DNA from: an uncultured Actinomycetes bacterium
GTDB taxonomy: Bacteria; Actinomycetota; UBA4738; HRBIN12
Direction of reading: 5' to 3'
DNA: 64,000 nt
NCBI GenBank assembly: GCA_963828885.1
Contig: CAWHGC010000012.1
Location: 33,068 to 97,067, forward strand
The notes beneath the pieces are model-generated. The model made no database searches and was not told the origin of the DNA. It saw only the letters and a program-made list of their open reading frames with translations. Shown in pieces: positions 8,904 to 18,446 of the stretch. The translations under genes and the position numbers were made by a program. Positions within the stretch are counted from its first letter, which is position 1. Each line of letters opens with the position of its first letter.

Positions 8904-8966
8904 GCCAACGATGACCACGGCTCCAGCGCTAGCGACCAGGGGTCCATATCGAGGGCGTGCGTCACG

Positions 8967-11728
8967 ATGACGCCTCCGAGTGACGAGACGGGCATCGCGA
9001 CCAAAGAAGGTCCGACGTCGCGGTCCTGGTACTCCGTCGAGGCCTCGATCGTTGCCAAGGAGCTCGAGGTCGAGCCTGGACAGGGCCTCGGCGCCGGCGA
9101 GGCCGCAGAGCGGCTCAGGACCCATGGCCCGAACCGGCTGACCGCAGCGAAGAAGGAATCGGGGTTCCAGGCGTTCGTACGCCAGTACCAGGACTTCATG
9201 CAGCTGGTGTTGCTGGCGGCCGCCGTGATCAACCAACTGGTGACCGGGGACACCGCGACGACCGTCGTCCTCGCGGGCCTGACCGTCTTCAACGCGGTCG
9301 TCGGACTGCGGCAGGAGGCGAAGGCCGGGGAGAGCGTCAAGGCCCTCTCACAGATGATGAAGACGATCGCCCGTGTCCGTCGCGACGGTCAGGCGATCGA
9401 GATCGACGCCGAGGAGCTGGTCCCCGGAGACGTGGTCCTGGTCGAGGCGGGCAACCGGGTCCCGGCCGACGGCCGGATCACCGTTGCAGCGACGCTCGAG
9501 ATCGAGGAGGGGGCGCTGACGGGCGAGAGCCTGCCGGTCGCCAAGGCGACCGAGCCGGTGCCGGGTGACGAGGTTGCCCTCGGAGACCGGACCAGCATGG
9601 CGTACATGAATACCTCGGTCACGCGCGGGCGGGGCGAGGTGGTCGTGACGGCCACCGGGATGCAGACCGAGATCGGCCACATCGCGGACCTGCTGTCGAC
9701 GACCCTGGCCATCAAGACCCCACTGCAGAAGCAGCTCGACAGCCTGTCGAAGATCATCGCGGGGATCGCGGGGATCGCGCTGGTCGTGGTCATCCTGCTC
9801 GGTCTCGCGAACGGGGAGACGTTCGACACGCTGTTCATCACGGGCGTGGCGCTGGCCGTGGCCGCGATCCCGACGGGTCTGCCCGCGGTGGTCACGGCAC
9901 TGCTGTCGATCGGCACGCGCGAGATCGCACGTCGCAACGCGATCGTGAAGCGCCTGCCTGCGGTGGAGACCCTCGGTTCGACCTCGGCGATCTGTTCGGA
10001 CAAGACCGGGACGCTGACGCTCAACAAGATGACCGCCCGCCAGCTCGTCATCCCCGGCCAGAACCGTTTCACGGTCTCCGGCGAGGGCTACGCGCATCGA
10101 GGGAGAGATCAAGCACGTGGGCGGTGACAACATCGACCTGGACCCCTACCTGCTCCCGATGATCCTGTGCGCCGACGCCGTCCTGGACGGGGTCGAGCTG
10201 ATCGGCGACCCGACGGAGGGCGCCCTGATCGTGCTGGGGGCCAAGGGAGGGCTCGACGTCGACGAGACCCGACTGGCCTACCCCAGGATCGCCGAGATCC
10301 CGTTCGACTCGGAGTACAAGTTCATGGGCACGTTCCACGAGATGCGGGGCGATGGACGGCGCCCCGGTCATCCGCTGCTACGTCAAGGGCGCACCGGACG
10401 TGCTGATCTCGCGGGGCGGCTCGTATCGGGCACCCGACGGCGCGCTCGTCCCCGTCACCGACGAGAACCGACCGCTCGCGCTCGAGGCGAACGACGGGAT
10501 GGCCAAGGGCGGCGAGCGAGTGATGGTGGTGGCCCAGCGCGACTTCGATCCCTCGACGTTCGACGCCGGTGGGGATCTGCTCGGCCTGGTGCAGGACCTG
10601 ACGCTGCTCGCGATGGTCGGCATCGTCGACCCGCCGAGGCCTGAGGCCAAGGCTGCGATCGCCGAGTGCAAGAGCGCCGGCATCCGGGTCCGGATGATCA
10701 CCGGCGACCACGCGACCACTGCGGCCGCGATCGGCGGCGAACTCGGGATCGAGGGCCTCGCCCTGACCGGGGCCGAGTTCGCGGCGATGAGCGACGAGGA
10801 GCTGCTCGCGCAGCTCCCGGAGATCGGCGTGGTCGCCCGTGTCGCTCCGGAGGACAAGATCCGTCTCGTCCAGCTCCTCCAGCGGTCGGGCAACGTGGTG
10901 GCGATGACGGGGGACGGCGTGAACGACGCGCCCGCGCTCAAGGCTGCGGACATCGGCGTGGCGATGGGCATCACGGGCACCGAGGTGTCCAAGGAGGCGG
11001 CCGTCATGATCCTGACGGACGACAACTTCGCAACGATCGTGAACGCCGTCGAGTACGGCCGGGGCCTGTACGACAATCTGCTCAAGTACCTGCGCTTCCA
11101 GATGTCGACGCTCGTCGCGTACATCGCGTTGTTCATCGGCGCCGGCATCTTCAGCGTCGCCGGGGGCGTCCCACTGAACCCGCTGCAGATCCTCTGGGTG
11201 AACATGGTCATCGACGTCCCGATCGCGGTCGCGCTCGGCTTCGACGAGCCGACGGGTGGGCTGATGCGGCGCGCCCCGAGGCCGGTCGGCGCTCCCGTGC
11301 TGTCCGCGGCCAACTGGGTCCGCCTGTGCGTGCAGGGAGCCGTGATGACGATCGGATCGCTGGTGGTCTACCAGATCGCCGAGCCCGAGTACGGTGCGGC
11401 GGTCGCCTCGACGATGCTGCTGACGACGCTGTCGTTGTTCCACCTGGCGGGGGGCCTCCTCGCACGGGATCAGGTGAACACGATCTTCGACCGGTCGGCG
11501 ATCCCGGGGACGATCCAGCTCCGGCGCTACGGGATCGCGCTGGTCGCGATCGTGGCCGTCACGGCGCTCGGGTTCCTGCAACGGATCTTCTCGACGGTGT
11601 CGCTCAGCTTCTCGCAGTGGTGGATCTGCATCGGCATCGCGGCGAGCCTCGTGATCGTCGAGGAGCTGATCAAGGTCTTCGTCCGCCGGCGGGCCGGGCG
11701 CGAAGCACGGAGCGAGAAGGAGGAGTGA
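8967..11728 (+). pseudogene. cation-transporting P-type ATPase (P2-type, Ca2+/Mg2+-like), frame-disrupted twice
   Basis: Three consecutive frames (ORFs 8763.., 10117.., 10352..) together give a full P-type ATPase. Motifs: TGESLPV, ICSDKTGTLTLNKM, KGAPDV, MITGDH, VAMTGDGVNDAPALK. The +1 shifts lie near ~10093 and ~10350. Start ATG is at 8967. Confidence 0.85.
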
Positions 11729-11731
11729 GCG

Positions 11732-12635
11732 ATGGCACGACGTGAACGCATCCTGAAGCGGGTACTCGTCGAGCCCGGCACGCCGGCCGGGTTGGCAGAT
11801 CGAGACTCCGCCTGGAAGGGGGGCGAAGAGTTCGAGCAGCTCTCGGAGGCGAAGCTGAAGGGCACCGCCAAGGAGATCCTGAGACAGGGTGTGAAGGAGC
11901 TCTCGGACGCGCAGGAGCTCCTGTGGGCGAGCGACCGGTACGCGCTCCTCGTCGTGTTCCAGGCGCTCGACGCCGCGGGCAAGGACTCGACGATCGAGCA
12001 CGTGATGTCGGGCGTCAACCCGCAGGGGGTGCAGGTCGTGTCCTTCAGGCAACCGTCGAGCGAGGATCTGGACCACGACTTCCTCTGGCGTATCAACAAG
12101 GCGCTTCCCGAGCGGGGCCGGATCGGGATCTTCAACCGCTCGCACTACGAGGAGGTCGTGGCGCTCCGGGTGCACCCGGAGTGGCTCGAGGGCCAGAAGC
12201 TGCCACCCGGGCCGCGCGGGAATCGGTTCTGGAAGGGACGCTACGACGACATCAACGCGTTCGAGCGGCACCTGGATCGGAGCGGCACGAAGATCGTGAA
12301 GTTCTTCCTGCACGTCTCCAAGGCAGAGCAGAAGCGTCGGTTCCTTGCCCGTCTGGACACACCCGGCAAGGAGTGGAAGTTCAAGGCATCCGACGTTGCC
12401 GAGCGTGCGTACTGGGACGAGAACATGCAGGCGTTCGAGGACGCGATCACGGCGACCTCGACGGCGTGGGCACCCTGGTACGTGATCCCGGCCGACAACA
12501 AGCACGTCATGCAGGCCATGGTGGCGCGGATCCTCGTCGAGACCATCGCGGTCGCTCGACCTGTCATGGCCCGAGGTATCCGACGAGGACCGCGCCAAGC
12601 ACGCGGAGGCCCGCCGGCAGCTCACGGCCGAGTGA
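11732..12635 (+). pseudogene. polyphosphate kinase 2 (PPK2) family protein, one frame disruption near the 3' end
   Basis: PPK2 pattern: LVVFQALDAAGKDSTI, FNRSHYEEV, KFFLHVSKAEQKRRF, PWYVIPADNK. The frame changes at ~12550. The corrected tail is ...LDLSWPEVSDEDRAKHAEARRQLTAE with TGA at 12633-12635. The gene starts 4 nt after the ATPase stop. Confidence 0.85.
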
Positions 12636-12648
12636 GCGACGGCTCGGA

Positions 12649-14371
12649 TCACGAGGGTCCGTCCTCTCGATCCCTCGGTCGGCCGTCGTCGTCGAGGGAG
12701 TCGAAGGCGGTCACCGCGGCGTTGATGGTCGGGTAGAAGTGCGTCGGGATCGATCGTGCGCGTGAGCTCGTACCGGGTGATCTTGCTGTGGACCGGATCC
12801 TTCATCTCCGCGAACACCAGGGAGATGCCCCGATCGTTCAACCGTCTCGTCGAGATCCTCGAGCATGTCGGCGGCGGTCGTGTCGACATCGGTGATCGGC
12901 TCGGCGGCGATCACGATCCAGCGCACGCCCGGTTCCTCCGCGAGCTCGAGGACCCGCTCGCGGAACGTACGGGCGTTCGCGAAGACCAGCGGCGCGTCGA
13001 ATCTGAACAGCACGAGCCCGGGCGTGGTCGTCGCGTTCGGATGTCCGGCGACGTCGTGGAAGCCGGGGAGGCTGCGGCGTGTCCCCGAGGATGGCCTGGT
13101 AGGGCCACCATGTCCGGCGGAACACGTTCAGGATCGAGAGTCCGACGGCGATCACGATGCCGGGGAGGACACCGAGGAGTGTCACTGCCAGGAACGCCGC
13201 GATGGCGAGCCACGCCTCGGTCTTCCGGATGCTTCCAGAGGCGAGTGACCCCGGGGACATCCGCGAGGGAGAGCGATGCCGAGATCACCACGGCCGCGAG
13301 GGCAGGCTGCGGAAGATCCTTCAGCAGTCCGGGAACGGCCACGAGCATCAGCACGATCGCCCCGGCTCCGACGAGGCCCGCGACCTGGCGTCTTCGCTCC
13401 GGCCTGCTCGGCCACCGCGGTCCGGGATCCGCTCGTGCTCACCGGGAACCCCTGGAACAACCCCGCCGCGAGGTTCGCGGCACCGATCCCGATCATCTCC
13501 TGGTTCCCGCGAACCTGGTCGCCGGAGCGAGCCGCGAACGCCGACGCCGTGGAGATCGTGTCGGCGAGCGCGACGAACGCGATGCCGAACGCGCCGACGA
13601 ACGAGGAGGGAGATATCCGAGAGCGAAACGTGCGGGGATCGTGAAGGGCGGGAACCCGCTCGGGAGCGGCCCGACCACCGACACGCCCGATGCGGTGAGG
13701 TCGAACAGGTTCACGGCGAGGATCGCCAGCACGACGGCGACGAGGACCGCCGGGACCTTCGGCATCGCGCTCTGGAGGACGAGGATGAGGACGAGTGCAC
13801 CGACCCCGACGGCCAATGCCGCCGTCACGGTCTCTCCTCCGGCGAGACCATGAACGAACCCCCTGAGCTCCGGGATGAAACCGTCGGCCTCCACCGAGAA
13901 CCCGAACAGTTTCGGAAGCTGGCCGACGAGGATCGTCAGCGCGAGGCCGTTCATGTAGCCGATCTGTGTCGGCTTCGAGAGGAGATCGGCGAAGAACCCG
14001 AGCTTCGCAGCGCCGGCCAGCAGCATGATCGCCCCGACCAGGAGCGCCAACATCGAGGCGAGCATGACCGCTCTCGCCGGGTCGCCGTTCGCCCCGACGA
14101 GCGGGAGGATCGTCGCGGCGATCATCGGGCCGAGCGACGAGTCGGGGCCCAGGACCAGGACCTTCGAAGGCCCCGCCACCGCATACGCGGTCAGACACAG
14201 GATCGATGTATAGAGGCCGGTGATCGGCGGAAGGCCGGCGAGTTCGGCGTACGCCATCCCCTGCGGCACGAGCAGGGCGGTGAGCACGAGCCCGGCCACG
14301 ACATCCTTGGCGAGCCAGGCTCGTTCGTACGTGCGGAGGACCCGCACGCCGGGGACCGACGTGGGCCTCAT
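12649..14371 (-). pseudogene. SulP-family anion permease with a C-terminal STAS domain, about 6 frame disruptions
   Basis: A SulP N-terminus (ORF 13493..14371) continues through five further frames down to the STAS tail (LFRFDAPLVFANARTFRERV..., GISLVFAEMKDPV...). Shifts lie near ~13630, 13385, 13245, 13075, 12848 and 12748. Confidence 0.8.
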
Positions 14372-14503
14372 CCATGCCCCTTTCGCGCTGGATATCCCTC
14401 GAACCTCATCACGACCTGACGACGTCGCCGGTCAGCGTAGCCGCCGACACTCGTCGGCGGAGCGTAGTCTTCGGTGGGATCGTATGCAGCGGAAGGAGGA
14501 GTC

Positions 14504-14908
14504 ATGTCGGCACAGGAAGACGCTGAGCTGGTTCGGAGGGGATACGAGGCGTTCATCGCCGGAGACATCGTGTGGCTCAACGAGCACCTGCACGAGAACG
14601 TCGTGTGGCACGCCCCCGGCACGAACCTGCTGTCGGGCGATCACCAGGGCCGCGAGGCCGTGCTGGCCTTCTTCGCACGGAGCGTCCAGGTCGCGTTGCC
14701 GGAGTTCCAGATCCACGACGTCGTCGCCTCCGACGACCACGTGGTCGGACTCTCGACGATCACGTGGCGCCGCAACGACAACCAGTCGACCTTCGTGGAC
14801 CATGTCGCGCAGGTCTTCCACCTCGACGGCGGCCGCGTCCTCGAGGTCTGGACCATGGCGGAGGATCTCGCCGGCTTCGACCGATTCCTGGAGGGAGCGT
14901 CGGGGTAG
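14504..14908 (+). CDS. SnoaL-like / NTF2-fold protein
   Basis: ATG at 14504 is preceded by GGAAGGAGGA. Pattern ELVRRGYEAFIAGDIVWLNEHLHENVVWH...FHLDGGRVLEVW is typical of the SnoaL_2 family. Confidence 0.65.
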   Translation: MSAQEDAELVRRGYEAFIAGDIVWLNEHLHENVVWHAPGTNLLSGDHQGREAVLAFFARSVQVALPEFQIHDVVASDDHVVGLSTITWRRNDNQSTFVDHVAQVFHLDGGRVLEVWTMAEDLAGFDRFLEGASG

Positions 14909-14939
14909 ATACCTCCACCCCGTCGGAACGACACCCGTC

Positions 14940-16238
14940 CTAGTCGGTTGACGTCACCGAGGCCGCGACACCGGTGCCGCTGGGCTCGAGGGCCTCACCC
15001 CGGTCGGGGAGCCAACGCAGCAAGGGCAGCAGGAGGAGCGTGCCGATCACGCCGGTGATGCCGCCGAAGGCGTACGCTCCGCGCCCTCCCACGATCGGCA
15101 CGATCAGACCACCGAGCAGGAACGAGGCGACCAGGGACACGTGCAAGATCGCCTCCCATGCCCCCATGACTCGGCTTCGGACGTGGTCGGGCGTGCGCCG
15201 CTGCAGGAGGTTCTGCTCCACGACCTGCGTGGGTCCGTCGGCGAGGCCGAACCCCACGACCCACACGAGCACGAGCCAGAACCACGGGGAGAGCGCCACC
15301 GCGAACCCCGTGAGGGCAACGAGTCCGCTGAAGCCGAACATCCACCAGCCCTCGCGCTCCTCCCGGACATGGCGACCGAGCCAGGCACCGACGATCGTGC
15401 CGGCACCCCAGCAGGCCGTCAGGGCGCCGTAGCCGACCGAGCCGACGTGGAACTCGTCCGCGAGGACCGGATCCGCGATCAGGGTTCCCGCCATCCCGAT
15501 GATGAAGACGAAGTACGACAGCAGCAGCTGCCGCAGGACTCGATCTCTGCGGATGAACCGGAAGCCGACCGTGAGCGTCTCGTGTCGCTCCTCGGCGTCG
15601 TTCGTCTCGTCCTGAGCGGAGAACGGCGCGTGGATCGACGCGACCAGGGCGGCCGAGACCACGAACGACAGGGCGTTGGCGAGGAAGACCCAGCGCGATC
15701 CTGCCGTCGCGACCAGCACACCTCCGACCAGTGGTCCCACGGCGAGTCCGGCGTAGCGACCCACACCGATCAGGCTGTTGGCCCACGACAGGTTCTCCTC
15801 GCCGGCGACGTTCGGGATCGCTGCGCCGGCGGCGGGCTGGAACGGCGACTCGATGACCGAAGAGGCGAACGCGAAGGCGAGCAACACCGCCGGCGACCCG
15901 ACGAAGAGCGACGCGAGGACCCACGCGACGGCGCCGCCCAGCTCGGACACGATCATCACGATCCGCCGGTCGAACCGGTCGCCGATCGCTCCCGCCACCG
16001 GCGAGAAGAACCCACGGACCCCCCACGTGAGGAACAGGGACAACGCGACCCACCACGCGGAACCCGTCTGGTCGAACAGGGTGAAGTTCAGGGCCGTCCC
16101 CGCGGCGATGCTGCCCGTGAACGAGAGGAACCTCCCCACGGCCAGTTTCCTGACGTCGGAGCGTGCGGCGGTGGAGACGCTCGGTCTACTCGCCACGCGT
16201 CCGGACCCCCTCCCGCGGATGGTGCGCTCCGCGCACAC
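14940..16238 (-). CDS. MFS transporter
   Basis: 432-aa intact ORF with ~12 hydrophobic segments and the MFS loop motif GAIGDRFDRR. The exact start is uncertain. Confidence 0.8.
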   Translation of the reverse strand: MCAERTIRGRGSGRVASRPSVSTAARSDVRKLAVGRFLSFTGSIAAGTALNFTLFDQTGSAWWVALSLFLTWGVRGFFSPVAGAIGDRFDRRIVMIVSELGGAVAWVLASLFVGSPAVLLAFAFASSVIESPFQPAAGAAIPNVAGEENLSWANSLIGVGRYAGLAVGPLVGGVLVATAGSRWVFLANALSFVVSAALVASIHAPFSAQDETNDAEERHETLTVGFRFIRRDRVLRQLLLSYFVFIIGMAGTLIADPVLADEFHVGSVGYGALTACWGAGTIVGAWLGRHVREEREGWWMFGFSGLVALTGFAVALSPWFWLVLVWVVGFGLADGPTQVVEQNLLQRRTPDHVRSRVMGAWEAILHVSLVASFLLGGLIVPIVGGRGAYAFGGITGVIGTLLLLPLLRWLPDRGEALEPSGTGVAASVTSTD

Positions 16239-16268
16239 CCTATCCGGCGGCCGGACGGGGAGCGGCCG

Positions 16269-16820
16269 TTACGTGTCGGACGCCGCTCGTTCCAACGCGG
16301 CGAGCAGGGTGTCCGGATCGTACGAGTCGTCGTGCCGCGTCCCGTTGATGTAGAAGGTGGGCGTGCCGTTCACACCGCTCCGGACGCCGCTCATGAAATC
16401 CTCGTAGACCCGGTCGGCGTGGACATGCTCGGTGAGCTCCTTGTCGAACCGTTCGACATCGAGTCCGAGCCGCTCCGCGTAGGCGAGAAGATCCTCGTCT
16501 TCCAAGTGTTGCTGGTTCTCGTAGAGGAGGTCGTGCATCTCCCAGAACGGACCCTGGACGGCGGCGGCCTCGGCGGCCTCCGCCGCCTGACCCGCATGTG
16601 GGTGTGAGGTCGTGATCGGGAAGTTCCGGAACACGAACCGCAGCCGCTCCCCCATGCGGTCCTGCACCTCCTTGACGATCGGGTACGCGGCGCCGCAGTA
16701 CGGACACTCATAGTCGCCGTACTCGACGAGCGTGACCGGCGCGTCCGCCGCCCCTTGGATGTGGTCCCGATCCGGGTCCACCGGCAGGACCAACACGGCC
16801 TCCCACTGGGTGGCGTTCAC
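16269..16820 (-). CDS. DsbA-like thioredoxin-fold protein (thiol:disulfide oxidoreductase)
   Basis: GTG at 16820 overlaps the stop of the upstream peroxiredoxin gene (GTGA). Contains a CPYC active-site motif (EYGDYECPYCG) and a DsbA-like C-terminus (GVNGTPTFYING). Confidence 0.8.
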   Translation of the reverse strand: MNATQWEAVLVLPVDPDRDHIQGAADAPVTLVEYGDYECPYCGAAYPIVKEVQDRMGERLRFVFRNFPITTSHPHAGQAAEAAEAAAVQGPFWEMHDLLYENQQHLEDEDLLAYAERLGLDVERFDKELTEHVHADRVYEDFMSGVRSGVNGTPTFYINGTRHDDSYDPDTLLAALERAASDT

Positions 16821-17320
16821 GAGCCGCTCCTCTCTGTCAGGTTCTCGAGTGCTCGGAGGATCCCGTCGGCTCCGGGGTTGACGCCGACCGGCGACACGTA
16901 GCTCCAGGCCACAACGCCCTCGGCGTCGATCACGTACAAGGCCCGCTCGCTCGTGCCGTCGGCGGCTCGGTACACCTGATACGCGCGGGCGACCTCGCCC
17001 TTGGGCTCGAAGTCGGCCAACAGCGGGAAGTGCAGGTTCCGATCTTTCGCGAACGCCAGGTGACACCAGGCGCCATCGACCGAGATGCCCATGAGCTCCG
17101 CTCCGAACTTCTGGAACTCGGGCAGCACCATCTGATACAGCCCCAACTGGTCCGAGCAGACGGGGCTCCAGTCCTCGGGATAGAAGGCGAGGATCACGGG
17201 CTGGCCGCGGAAGTCCTCGAGCGAGACTTTCTGATCAGGTGTCGACGCGAGGTCGAAGTCCGGTGCCTTCGATCCGGGCGCCAACGGCGTCGCGCGATGG
17301 TGCAGGTTCGTGTCGCTCAT
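16817..17320 (-). CDS. peroxiredoxin (AhpC/TSA-Bcp type)
   Basis: Pattern APDFDL...GQPVILAFYPEDWSPVCSDQL...GISVD...HFPLLADF. ATG at 17320 has GAGGGGG 8 nt upstream. An alternative GTG lies at 17344. Confidence 0.8.
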   Translation of the reverse strand: MSDTNLHHRATPLAPGSKAPDFDLASTPDQKVSLEDFRGQPVILAFYPEDWSPVCSDQLGLYQMVLPEFQKFGAELMGISVDGAWCHLAFAKDRNLHFPLLADFEPKGEVARAYQVYRAADGTSERALYVIDAEGVVAWSYVSPVGVNPGADGILRALENLTERSGS

Positions 17321-17380
17321 GCCTACAGCCCCCTCAGCGGTCACGGAGCGGCGATGAGAACAGGTCCCACCCCAGGAGTT

Positions 17381-17412
17381 GCAGCTCCGCGAGGGGGATC
17401 GAACCCCAACCT
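17381..17412 (-). other. tRNA 3'-half-like remnant (T-arm plus acceptor-like strand), not a complete tRNA
   Basis: The minus strand reads TTGGGG-TTCGATC-CCCCT-CGCGGAG-C. This gives a canonical T-loop heptamer flanked by GGGG/CCCC and a 7-nt acceptor-like strand. No matching 5' acceptor strand, D-arm or 7-nt anticodon loop lies upstream. Confidence 0.3.
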
Positions 17413-17415
17413 ACC

Positions 17416-17964
17416 TCAATCCTGGGAGGACTCTTTTGCCGACCTCCCGGCCTCGAGCGCATGCATCTGCTTCGTCAGCTCGAGGATCTGCCGCGAGAGG
17501 CCGAGCAGTTCTTGGTTCTGCTTGTCTTCGCGCTGCACCGTCGCCCACTGCTGATCGGCCACGATCTGTCGCTTCATGTCCGCGCGGTTCTGGCTGATCA
17601 TCACGAACGTGGAGAGGAAGATGGCCTCGAGCGAGACGATCATCGTCAACAGGCCGAACGGGTACTGCTCGACCCTGAGCCCGATCCAGCATCCGAACCA
17701 GATGATGTGGATGTAGACGAAGGTCATCGAGCCGGCGAACACCGTGATCTTGTCCGCGATCCGGTTCTGGGCGCTCTGGGCACGCACCCGAGCGTGTTCT
17801 GCCAACGCCGGGTTCGGATGCAGATGCAGCCAGCTGCGCCCATCGGTGAGCTCCCCAACCGCGGCCGCTGTGCTGCGGGATCCGGACCTTCCTGTCCCTG
17901 CCATCTCGCCTCCGCTCGGTCGGACGGATCGGTCGATCTGTCGTGGGAACCCATCCTTCACCAA
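17416..17964 (-). CDS. DUF1003-like membrane protein
   Basis: Pattern ADKITVFAGSMTFVYIHIIWFGCWI...YPFGLLTMIVSLEAIFLSTFVMISQNR plus a C-terminal coiled region, typical of DUF1003. Start is uncertain. Confidence 0.65.
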   Translation of the reverse strand: MVKDGFPRQIDRSVRPSGGEMAGTGRSGSRSTAAAVGELTDGRSWLHLHPNPALAEHARVRAQSAQNRIADKITVFAGSMTFVYIHIIWFGCWIGLRVEQYPFGLLTMIVSLEAIFLSTFVMISQNRADMKRQIVADQQWATVQREDKQNQELLGLSRQILELTKQMHALEAGRSAKESSQD

Positions 17965-18005
17965 GCGCCGCAGCTTCGGAAGGCGATGACTGGAGACTTC
18001 TCAGA

Positions 18006-18081
18006 TGGCTCCGGGGGTGGGACTCGAACCCACAACCTACGGATTAACAGTCCGCCGCTCTGCCGATTGAGCTACCCCGGA
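18006..18081 (-). tRNA. tRNA-Asn (anticodon GTT), CCA encoded
   Basis: Manual fold of the reverse complement: acceptor TCCGGGG/CCCCGGA, D-stem GCTC/GAGC, anticodon loop CTGTTAA, T-arm GTGGG-TTCGAGT-CCCAC, discriminator G, CCA. Total 76 nt. Confidence 0.92.
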
Positions 18082-18165
18082 ACGGAGTGCTGGGCAGCAT
18101 ACCAAGCACCCTCCTGCGGACCGCGGTAGCCTGTGCGCCCACATCGCTCACGGAGGGGACACGAC

Positions 18166-18445
18166 ATGAAGTTCCGCACCGGACTGCTGCTCGGCCTCGC
18201 GGTCGGCTACGGCCTCGCGAAGCGCTCCGCACTCACCGAGGACGATCCCGTACGTCGTGAAGGGACCGCAGCGGGAGCAGGCCTCGGGCCTCGGGACGAA
18301 CACGGCCGTCCGTGCGGTCGGCGACCGGGCGCAGCGACTGGCCGATCAGGCCACCGTGGCGAGCCTCGACGTGATCCGCCGCACGCGTTCCGCGATCCAG
18401 AGCCGGCTGGGCGAGTCGTCCGGCGACGACGCGGCCTGGAACTGA
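18166..18445 (+). pseudogene. small membrane-anchored protein (N-terminal MKFRTGLLLGLAVGY helix), one frame disruption
   Basis: ATG at 18166 follows GGAGGGGA. Third-position GC bias switches from frame 1 to frame 2 at ~18250. The second part equals ORF 18257..18445. Confidence 0.45.
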
Positions 18446-18446
18446 C

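Noticed and set aside
5582-9340. A 1252-aa ORF on the minus strand covering the whole STAND gene region.
   Set aside because: Only its last 152 codons (5582..6040, DinB-like) look like a protein. The rest is Arg/Pro/Gly/Ala-rich antisense read-through of the plus-strand cyclase-STAND gene, which is typical of stop-codon-poor GC-rich DNA.
10322-12889. An 855-aa minus-strand ORF opposite the P-type ATPase and PPK2.
   Set aside because: It is low-complexity R/D/P/G-rich with no recognisable motifs. The plus-strand frames carry unmistakable P-type ATPase and PPK2 signatures. Only its first ~45 codons belong to the SulP STAS tail.
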